This document shows positions 36,269 through 48,200 of a stretch of DNA of 64,000 nucleotides, piece by piece. The notes beneath the pieces are model-generated. The model had not been told where the DNA came from, searched no databases, and worked only from the letters and a program-made list of their open reading frames with translations. Each line of letters begins with the position of its first letter. Position 1 is the first letter of the stretch. The DNA lies in the NCBI GenBank assembly GCA_039189765.1, contig JBCCYL010000022.1, positions 1-64,000 on the forward strand, given 5' to 3'. Both the position numbers and the translations under genes were made by a program. The DNA is from Cyanobacteria bacterium P01_F01_bin.150 (lineage in GTDB: Bacteria > Cyanobacteriota > Cyanobacteriia > CAKZMO01).

Positions 36269-39200
36269 CTATCTATTAATTCTAAATCCTTCAATTTCTC
36301 CCCACAATTCACATACTGAATTTATAAATACTTGAGGTGAAATTTTCTGATTTCCTTGAAGGGCTGAAAAGAAAATACCCGCAGCACCTGCTAATCTTCT
36401 AATACCCAATGGACCTACTGCAAAACTAGCAAGGGCTGTTGTTGCTAAAGGTCCAGCTAGCAACCAGCCAAGGCCAGCGCCAACTCCACCACCAAGTGCA
36501 GCTCCAGTAACAAATCCTACGGTTGCCGATACATACTCATCACCTGATTCATTAAGTTCAGGACAATCAATAGGTGCACTAATAAATCCTGCTATTAATC
36601 CTGAAAGACTAAGTACAACGGATCCTTTAATAGCGGTCGATAAAATAGAAACCTCTCCAGATGGATCAACATAAGCTATGGGGTTATTGAAGCCATAGAT
36701 ATAATCTTGCAATGATAGTGGTTGCTCATTCAAACCTTCAAATGGGTCTCTAGAGTCAAACCTCCCTGTTGCTGGATCGTAATACCTAGCTCTCAAATAG
36801 TAACTATCTAAATTCGGATCAAACTGCTCCCCTGCAAAGAGATAATCATTAGGTGTAGAGCCACTCTGATCAATCAGTTGACCAAAAGCATCGTAATTAT
36901 ATGTATCTGTCAACACTCCATTTTGATTTGTCAGAATTCGAGAACTACCAAGGCCATCAACCTGATAGAAGCTACGCTCACCACCATTCTCCTGAGAAAT
37001 TAAGTCTTGACCATGTACATAAGAAGTCTGCACATCACCGTTCAATGTGTACTCCTCGATTACTTGGGCATAGGTCTGCTGATTATTATCAATTAAGAAT
37101 CGAGTTTCCTCTCCATTGACATTCAGCGAAACACGAATTCCTTCATGGTCATATTCGTACTCAATCCGTCCAGTTTCACCATTCTCATTGATGTTGACTG
37201 CTATTAGCTCACCTTTGGCATTCCATTCATAGGTTGCCTGATTCTCACCGTTTTGGAGCTTCGCAGTAAGATTACCATCATCGTCATATCGATATTCAGT
37301 GGTCAGGTCATTAAGCATTTCTGCGAAGAGGCGATCGTTCTCGTCGTATTGATAGGTAGTAGTGCCCTCAACAGAATCAATCCGCTGCAAACGGTTACCA
37401 ACATCATCAAAGCGATACTCAATAGTTCGGGTAGTTTCTCCTGAAGGAATAATAGTTTCTTGTTCCAAACGATAGAGAACATCGTAGTCATACTGCACTA
37501 CACGACCATCAGCTTCAGTGACCTGAGTGCGATTTCCAACGGCATCCAAAAGATAATCGTAGCTAGAAAGCACTGTGCCATTACTGTCCTTGTTTTCCAA
37601 ACGCTCCAGACGATTGAGACTATCGTATTCACGAGATTCCACCACACCATTAGCAAAATCTGTCTGAATCAAATTGCCCACATCGTCATAGATATAGCGG
37701 GTTTCACCACCATCGGGATCGGTTACGGTGTCGATGCGATTGAGGGCATCGTAGGTGTAGGAGGTAGTACCAGAGGGGACAGCCAAACTTAGAATATTCC
37801 CCGCATCATCATAGGTATAGGCAATAGTGCGACCATCAGGATTCTCGCGGGAGAGGAGGCGATCGCGCTCATCGTACTCATAGTTGGTGAACCCTAGGGC
37901 ATCGGTCACAGTATCGAGTTGCCCTGTGGGAGTATAAGCAAATTGCTCCACCTCACCGTCTGGCAGCGTCGTAGTGATTAAGCGATTTCGCTCATCGTAA
38001 TCATACTCAATGGTTTCATTGTTGAAATCAGTCACCGTCTTCACATTGCCCACCGCATCGTAGGTGGTAATGCTCTCTTGACCCAACGGAAGAATCATTT
38101 TCGTCCGTTGCCCCAAGTCATCGTATTCAAAAGTAGTGACATTACCATTAGCATCTTCCTGAGTCTGGATATTGCCCAGCAAATCACGGCTATAGGTAGT
38201 TGTGTTATCCAAAGCATCGATAACTTCTATCAGTCGCCCTCGTTCATCGTATTCAAAAGTAGTAGTGTTTCCTTCCTGATCTATCGCTGCCTTGATATTA
38301 CCCAAACCATCATAGGTGGTACGACTGATAGTGCCATCGGCATAGCGCACTTCTATTTGTTGACCAATCTTGTTGTAGATAAACTCTGTAGTGCGATTTA
38401 AAGCATCAATTTCGAAACGCAGACGATTCGCTTCATCATAGATGAAGCGAGTTTCATATCCTAAAGCATCCCTTCTCAGAATAAGATTGCCTGCTTTATC
38501 GTAGTCAAAGGTAGTTCGGTGACCCAACTCATCAATTGATACAATCAAGCGACCTGCCTTGTCGTATACATTTTCAATGCGAGGATTATCGTTGGGATTG
38601 TTAGGTGTATCGTCGGGATAGAGAATAAATCGTTGGCGACCAAGAGCATCATACTCATAGCGAGTCTCTTGTCCAGCTTCATTCGTCACCGAAATTAGCT
38701 GATCAAGGGCATCATAGGTATTGGTAATGCGATCATTGTCGTCGGGATTATCAGGCGTATCGTCTGGAAAAATAGTTGCCACTAATAAGCCACGATCGTT
38801 ATAAACATACTCGGTGCGATTGCCCAGTGCATCAATATCCGCAATCTTATCGCCAAAGCCATTGTACTCAATACGGCTAACATTATTCAGAGCATCAATA
38901 CGCTCAACAACACGTCCCTCATTGTCATATCTAGTGACGAATTCATTGTTGAGAGGGTCAATCAACATTTCTGGATTACCATTGTCATCATAAGTGAATC
39001 TGTAGGTGGCTCCAGCCAGATCAGTTAGCTTTCTCAGATTGCCATAATCATCATATTCAAAGCGCGTCTCATTATTGTTGGCATCAGTGATGGATGTGAG
39101 TAGTCCAAATCCATTTTCGTCATAACCATAGAGAGTGATATGTCCCTCCGCATCCTCACGAGTTTCCAAATTCCCCTGAATATCGTAGGTATTAGTGGTG

Positions 39201-42200
39201 ATGTTGCCGAGGGCATTTTTCTCGGTGAGCACTTGGCTAAAGTTGTTGTAGGTAAAGCTAGTAGTATTGCCCTCCGGGTCCGTCGCAGTCAGCATATTGC
39301 CACGCTCGTCGTAGCTATACCTAGTGATGTTGCCTTCAGGGTCTGTTTCTTCTCTTAGATTATTATCGTCATCAAAGACCCTCTGAGTAATACCGCCCAA
39401 GGCATCGATTTCTTGCTCAACATTGCCCCGTTCGTCAAAAATAAAGGTGGTGGTATTACCAAAGGGATCAGTAACAACTTGGGTGGAATCAATTGAATCA
39501 TAGTCCAGATCGAGGGCATTGCCATTGGCATCAATAATGCGCTCGATTTGCCCTTGGTCATTATACTCAGTACGAATTCCAATACGACCTAACGGATCAA
39601 CAATTTCAGTAAGGTAGTGTGCCCGATCAGGGTCCTCGTATTTAAGTTGAGTAGTCTTCTGGTTACGGTCGGTCACACTAATCAGATCGCCGTTGACATC
39701 ATATTCATAGTCAATCACCTTGCCAGAAGGATCGATAATTTCATCAATTCGTCCCTGCGCATCGCGGACAAAGGTAATAGATTGTCCGGTAGAGCTAGTA
39801 ATCCCGGAGTCAGTATAGGTGAGGACATTGCCATTACGGTCTGTCACACTCTCCAAACCATTAAACTGATCATAGCGATAGGTAGTGCCATCTCTGGTAG
39901 TTAGTTTATACTCTGAAGGATTAAAGGGAAAACTAAAGAGGAAAAGACTAGCAGAACCATCAGGACGAATACTTAGGGGAAGATCGTCTACTTCTAATGT
40001 GTCGAAAACTCCAGGTTCAGGGACAAAGCGAGGCGACCAAATGGGTCCAAAGAAGTTAGCTCCCGTTACTTCCGGTTCAAAGGTAAAGGTAACTCGTCTG
40101 CCTTCAGGATTTGTGAGCGTGACTGCATCACCAACTTTGAAGGGTGTTGAGGTGAAGAGACTTGCTCCGTTTTGGTCCGTTACAGGAACTGATTCTTGAA
40201 TCCGAGCATCTTGGACACCCAAACTCCAGCCAAAGCCAAAGTCCCCTTGTTGATTCGATTCAAAGCTGTTGTACGTCCGAGTTACTTCAATCGGCAACCC
40301 TGTCAGTGGAATCGAAAGATCTACAAATTCTTGGCTGAAATGCCCAGGCTTATTAACGCTACTGAGGGTAAGAAGCAGACCTTGAATATTGATATTGCCA
40401 CTCACATCCCCGGCAATCACTCGAACAAAGTAGTTATCGTTAGCAAATGATCGTGGGTCTATTTGACCAATCACTTCATTGTCGATATTAGTATTACCTT
40501 CAGCCAGCACCACATAATCTGGGTCAGGCTCATAGAGATTATTGAGATCAACCAGATTGGAAGGAGCTATTTCTAGGCGATAGAATTCAAGATTTTCATC
40601 ACTGATCGTACCAACAATATCCGTCAGAGACGTAATTACGGTGCCCGAAGTCTCAAATGCGGTTGCATCTAGCTCTACGATAGGTGGTGTGATATCGCTG
40701 GGGTCAATCACTCGGACGGTCAAACTCTCAGTTCCAACATTGCCATCATTGTCCGTTGCCGTTGCCACGATATCCACCAATCCGGCCTCGCCAAACTGAA
40801 CAGTTGTCTCATGTAGCGTACCGTTGGCAATAGTTTCAGGTGTAAAACTCAGAGGCTGTCCATCCGCTTCCAACACTAAGCTAGCAATGCTTTCATTGTC
40901 GATAGCGTAGACCTGTAGATCCAAGTCTTCACCGATATCTATCACATTGGAACTAAACCCCAACGAAACGATAGGAATTTCGCTGTCGGTGGTTCCGGCT
41001 CCGTTACCAGAATCTGGGGTGCTTATAGTTAAGAGGAAGGATTGGACCGATCGTCCACCATTCTCATCGGTTGCAAACACTATGACCGGGAACTGCCCCT
41101 CTTGATCAGTCGCTGGTGTCCACTCAATCAATCCGGTAGTAGCATCAATTGTCATACCTGTGGGAGACCCATCGCGCAGACTGTAAGTAATGGCTTCTCC
41201 TTCTGGATCAATGGCGATGGGTTGATACTGATAGGTCTCATCGGGCAATGCTGTAGTCTGTGGAGATGAAGCAAAGAAAGGAGACAAGTTTTGCGGTGTT
41301 TCATTTACCGTGATGTCAAACTGTTGGGTCGCCTGCTTTCCTTTTCCATCAAGTACCGCGATAGTGACTTCACTCACTCCAACTTGGCGATCTGTTGGAG
41401 ACCAGTTAATCTCACCCGTGTTGGGATCAATTTTCAAACCTCTAGGGCCATCTGTAATGTAATAGGACAAAACATCGCCATCCGGATCAGTAGCATCTAC
41501 GTTATAGGTGAAAAACTGGTTAGCGTTAAGCTCAGTTGTTGACGGAGATGAAATTATGGTTGGAGCCTGATTATCAGCATTGACTGCACTTACGACAACG
41601 GTGAAATCTTGAATTGCGTTTCCGCCCCGTCCATCGTCTACTTCAACACTGAATCTATAGCTGCCAACTGCCGTTGGATTCCAGGAAATAGCCCCCGTTG
41701 CCCCATCGATTACGGCATCATCAGGAGACTGCAACAGACGGTAGATGAGATTGTCACCATCAGGATCAGTTGCTAAAGTAGGATAAAAATAGGATTGGTT
41801 CAGAACTACGGGTATCGAGCCTAGAACAAATCCACTATCGGGTCGGGTAAACAGTACCTCAAAACTCTCAGCCGTACCCTCATTCGTAATACCAATGTCA
41901 AAGGTTGCAGTTTCGCCTGGTCCAATACCAGATAAGGTTCCCGTTTGATTTTCAAATAGTATAGAAGTATTTGAAGCTTCGACATCAATTTGGAATTGCT
42001 CGCTAATTTCATCGGCCTGTAATTCTACAAAGGCTTTGGTAAACGAAGTAGCGATATCACCCCCTTCGCGTAGTTGATTAAGATCCCAAACGGCCCCATC
42101 TATAGAGAATACAAGGTCTATGTAGTCTTCTTTTATTGTGGCAGTGTTACCAAAGGAAATTAATTCTGGACCAATAAATTCAGCGTTTTGACTCGTGATG

Positions 42201-45200
42201 AATCCCCCTGAATCATCAGGTATATATACGGTCCCATTGGCATCTACTCCTAGAGCAGATACGCCGTTTTCATCTTTGAACTGACCATTGATAACTGTGC
42301 TCAGCAGTACATCCTGCTCCTGAATTCGGGAACGGATCACATCAAAGGTCAAAGACGGATTTGTGTTATCGCGGGATTCGTCCGTAATCAAGATAAGGTT
42401 ACGAGCAGCGTCCTCTCTGAAAGGCAAATTAAGTCCTACATCCAGAGCCGCATATCCATCTTCAACGCCACCTCTATCAGTTCGTAACTCCTCGGTTTGT
42501 TGGGATAGTTGAGTGGCATTAGTGTAGAATTTCTCGGCTAGGGGAGAGAAGGTTAAAGTATTTCCCCCAAATGCATTCTCAAACCGGAAGACCTGCGATT
42601 CGCTAGGTGAGATATCACCAAGAAGATTGTCACCGTCCGTGATCACCTCCGCACTAGAAATATCGTCAATTCGAAAACTGTAGTTACCAACATCATCTCC
42701 TGATTGGATTTGTAGAGTATAGGTTCCGTCCTCCGTTAAAGTAATGGGACCAATATCTCCTACTAATAGCTGATCACTAGCTGCATTTTGGATGCCTGTG
42801 GGGCTGGTTGGTCGGCCAGAATCATCAAACAGTGAGTTTCCTGTAGGACTAATCAATCTTGCAGTAGTATCATCAGATAGCCTATCCAGACTATCAATCC
42901 AGATTTTTTGCCCCTTGATTCCACTAAAGGTATAGCGATCGATTTCTCCCGGTTCATCTAAGCTGCCTGTTATCGTCTCACTAAAGGATAAAGTTCTCGT
43001 TTGAGTTTCTGGGGTAACCCCTTCAAGACGAAGGGAAATTGCCTCGGTACTCTGATTTTCGAGTGCCAGCGTGTAGAGTCCATCCGCAGGCAAGACAACG
43101 TTAAAATCGTTTCTAAAATTGACATCAATAATGTTGTTGGCTTGCCCACCACCAGGATAGAAAAGATTCCAGCTTCCCCTAGTTGAGGATGCATTATCTT
43201 GGTCAAGATCAAAGAACAAATGAGTTCCCGATGTTCCCTCAAATTGGAAGAGTTGAGTTCCACCATTGAGCGTTAAGGCTACGTCTGTTGGCGTGTCTAA
43301 ATTGAGTGGTGTTGCCTCCTCAAGATTGAGGAAGCGGAAGCTGTAGTCTCCGCCCGACGTTCCTCCATTGACCGTAAAAGAATAAGTACCCGATGTTTCT
43401 AAAATGTAAGGATTGGGATCAGGGGAGGCCAAACGAACGTTGTCAAAAATAACATCTCCATTAGGATCGGTAAGATTTGCACTAATGCTGAAGCTAGATG
43501 TCGTTAAATTATCTAACCAGAGTTGGGTTCCAGCCAAGGCATTAAAAGCAAACGTTTCAGTTTCGTTGGCTCCAATGCTATTACCATTAACGATATTGAA
43601 ACCTGTGGGTGTGACAGATGCATTGATTAGCTCTTTAACTTGAAACAGAAAGTCAACATCACTGCTCGAAAGATTTGTCAGGACCAAGTGATAATCACCA
43701 TCCGCAGTTAGAACGACTTCAAAGTCTTGATTTAATGAATTATTAACCTGGCGATTATCCTGTAGAACCTTAGAATTTCCCGGACTATAGAGACTCCATA
43801 AGCCTGGTAAAAATCCCGTTGTGTTTAAGTTATCAAACAGTAAGTTTTGCCCTGCTTCTCCTGAAAGAGTGTAAATCTGGGTAGAATTTTTGAGCAAAGT
43901 TCCCGAAAATGCACTGCCAATTGTAATTGTTGGACTATCATCAGCATCAATAATCTGGAAGCTATAGTCTCCAACAACATCACTACCACCAATCATCAAA
44001 GAGTAGGTTCCAGTGTTGGGTAAAGTGAGTATCTGACTGTCATTAGTAACTACGGATGAGAAGAAAAGCCTATCCCCTTCAGGAGTGTATAGTTCAAAAC
44101 CTGGCCCAAAGATAGATTCTGCTGATAGTCCATCGAACCAAATGCCCTGTCCTGCTTGACCTTCAAAGGTATAAAGGTCAATACCACCAATTTCATCAAC
44201 GGTGCCATTAATGACAGTATTGAGCTGAATATTAATGATTTCTGGTTCAACTGTAATAGCCTTAAACTGATAATTTGTGATTTCATCGTGGATATTTTCA
44301 AGAACTAACCAATATAGGTTGTCAGCGGGTAGAACTACCTCTAGATCATCATGTATGTTAGCACTATCTGTCTTCGTATTTTCGGGACCATAAATCGTCC
44401 ATTTACTAAGGTTAAAACTTGTAGTTGAATCAAAATAAACTGTTTGCCCGATATCACCCTTAAGTTGAAAAATCTTTGTCGTTGCTGGGTCCAGAGTTCC
44501 GGTAATCGGTGCATCCAATGACATAGTAGGAGCACTATTCATATCAATGAGTTGGAAACTGTAGTCTCCACCATCAGTGCCCCCATTCATAATGAGAGTA
44601 TAGGTTCCCGGTTGATCTAAAGATAAGGGACCGGAATCGCTATCACTCTTTATTGTAGTGATAATTTTCCCGTTCGCGGCTAGCAATGTTCCTTGAATAT
44701 TGCCAGAGGTTGAAGAAATACTATCAAACCAAATCCGTTGTCCTGCTGGCGCATCAAAGGTAATGATCTGGTTTTCACCAGCCACGATAGATCGGCTAAT
44801 TATTTCGTTCAAACCACTAGGAGGAATAGCGACATCAACACTACTCTCATCAATGCTCAAATCATAGCTAACAGCTTCTTCTCTAGGATTGGACAAGACA
44901 ACGCTATAGTCTCCATCACTGGGTAAAACAAACTCAGCCGGATCTGCTAGCTGGATGTCAATGAGCTGATTACCAGGTCCATAGATTTGAACATCTAGTT
45001 GATCCCTGAGAGTAATATTGCGAACTCCAGCATCATTGTTTGATCCTCCGTATCCAATGAGGCTATAGCGATTATCAGTAATACCTCGGGCTTCAAGGGC
45101 TATATCCAGTTCTAGCACCATATTGGTGAGCCAATCATGTTCACCTGTCATGGACCTGGACTCGTCAATTATAAATGCGATATCTGCTGAACCACCAATA

Positions 45201-48200
45201 TCGCCTTGTTCTGGCAGCGAAATAGACACAGACCCTAGAAAAGTTTCATTGTCATCCAGACTAAGGTTCAAAAAATCTGGATTAACATCTCCTCTTACAG
45301 TGTTAGGGATGGCAACTGCAAAATTCTGGACTGGCTCGCTAATGAACATAGGAGAACGGTTAATCTCAAGACCTTCTTGAACGCTAATGGTAAAGGTCTG
45401 AGTATCAGTTAAGCCTTCGTCATCACTGACTTGCAAAGTAATCTCAACATCACCAATCTGTTCAGATAGTGGAGTCCATAACAATAAACCTGTCGCAGGC
45501 TCAAGATTTAGCCCCTGAGGGCCGTCCAACAAAGTGAATGTCAATGAATCGTTGTCAGGGTCAATGACTATAGGCTGATAGCTGTATTCATTGTCTTCAG
45601 TGCCTTCTGTGATGGGTGTAGAGATAAATTCGGGAGCTTGGTTTTCAGCATCGGGGAACCGTTGATTGCCAAAATTAATGTCTTCAATGACTTCACCTGG
45701 CGCGAGGAGAGCAATATACTCTGGAGCATCCAGAGCAGTCACTCCAAATTCCAAAGGAACCACTTCACGAACGGTATAGTCATTTTCGGGAAGATCTCGG
45801 AAGCGATATTGCCCTTCTCCATTGGTCAGCACACTGGCCTCATCAGGGTCAAATTGACTATCGTTATCCACATCTAGATAAACCGTGATACCTGCTAATT
45901 CAGGCTCTCCGTCATCGATTACATTATTACCATTGGAATCTTCCCAAACCTGCCCTCTGATCTCTCCAGTATTTTTCTTGTTGCCAAAGTTAATGTCTTC
46001 GACAACCTCACCCTCACCAAGGATGACTCGCTGAGCTGTTGGCACTAATCGAGGGGCTGCAAAACCAGGGACGTTAAACAATTCCGCAGAGGGGAAGGTC
46101 TGACTCAATCCAGGTTTTTGGACACTTCTAACGTCATAGCTACCTGCGGCAAGTCCAGTGAACCGATAAGTGCCATCGCTACCTGTCACCTGAGTGGGTT
46201 CATTACGATCTAATCGACGGTTTTGGTTGAGGTCAAGGTAAATCGTTATCTCTTCTAATCCCTCCTCCAGGCCATTTTGAATGCCATCAGCGTTAATGTC
46301 TTCCCACGCCAATCCTTGGATTGTTGCTGCACCGCTAGGAAAAATGAATTTTCGATTACCGAAATTGACGTTCTCAAGGGCTGCATCACCTAACAGCTCA
46401 ACTTCCTTGAAGAAACTATCAGCAGATGTGGGTTCAAATCCGACAGGAATCTCCTGCCACACCAAATAAGACCCATCGGACACATCCTCAAACCGATACT
46501 GACCATCGCTATCAGTAATCTGTGAGGGTTCTCCTGTATTTAAGAAACCATTGCGATTCAAATCAAGAAAGACATTTACCCCTGCTTGTCCCACCTCTGA
46601 TGCATCAAATTCAGAATCACTATCATTGTCAACAAAAACCACCCCAGAAATTGTATTAATAGGGGAAACGAAGGCAACATTGATGGGCACACTCTTGCCA
46701 TCAGTGAGCGAACCTCCCACTCCAGTATTGCCCAGATCATTCACAGATATATTTAGAATGTCCTGACCATCGAAAGCTGCATTACTGCGATAACTTAAGC
46801 TCGCAAGGGCCACATTAATTGCTGCCAAGGTTCCTCTGAAGACTACTATGGCATCAGCCGTACCATCGCCACTACTAAAGGTTAGCCCTACAGTCTCCCC
46901 AATATTTAACGTGCCATTGCTAACAGATAGAGCAAGTTCTAAGTCCCCATCTACCACATCCTCATCGGAAATACTTATCCCCCTAAGAGAGAGGACTGTA
47001 TCAGCAAGAACATCTTGCGCTCCGGGTACGATCAAACTAGGTGCATCATTCACTGGAGCGATGAACAAAGCGATGCTTTGGCTTACACTTCCCCCTCTAC
47101 TATCCTCAACCGAGTAGCTGAAGATTCCTGCCTCACCATTTGCATTTGCAAAGGGAACAAATACTAGACTCTCTAACTCATCCAAGGAAAGCTTCTGTCC
47201 GACGGAAACAGAGCGACCATCCTCTAATTGAACGGTTCCTTGAACAGCTTCCGGTAGGCTATTCACCGTGATTGTCAAACTATCTCCATCTGGATCAATA
47301 GGTCTTGCAATCGTTAAGGCTTTGGGAGCAACGTCCTCATTTATTGTTAGAGTTTTATTAACATCAGCAATAGGCACTTGATTTTGTTGAATACTCGGAT
47401 CATTATCGGTAATCGTAATCGTGCCCTTGGCATCAATTAATGCCGCATTGATAGGATTAGTTAGCGTAATTTCAAACTGCTCACGAGCCTCGGGAATTGT
47501 ATCCCCCTTAATGGGAACCTCAATAGTTTTGGACACTTCTCCCGGAGCAAAGGTCAGAGTACCACTGACCGATGTGTAGTCACTATTATTCTTTGCAGTC
47601 CCCTCGATGGTTTGATATTCGACTGTGATCGATTGAGTACTGGATTGAGATAATGTGACAGGGATAAAAGCCGTCAAAGGAGTACCATTGGTTTCAGTCA
47701 CCTCAACATCACCCACCGCTAGATTGGGCCGCTTGGGGGGAGCAGGTGGCTGAGGTATTTTCTCGCCTCCAACAAAGGAGAAATCGACCTTGAAGACTAA
47801 ATCGTCAAAGCTGCGATCGCCTCCTCCTGTCAAATCCTCCCAGGCTAGCTCCGTTTCCGACCGATATTGCAAATGCCCGATACCATCTGGGTTCGCATCA
47901 GCAAACGAGAAAAAGGCGATCGGATCACGGTTTAATCTATTGGCTGGATTGGTCGCAATCAAATCCTCAATCGTGCCATCTTGAATCAAATACCACCCCA
48001 GAAATTGATTGGGCTGAAGCGTGACATTTACCTCTGTCCCATCAGGAGCATCGGGACGAAACGCAGTGATGCGTCGCTCCTGCGAGAGGGCTTGAGCAGT
48101 ATACCCTGGATCTCCCGGCATTACATCACCAATGCGCCCTTGAGCATCATCAGTAAAGAAAATACCCATTTCATTCTGGAGCTTGGCTGCTCGACTCACC

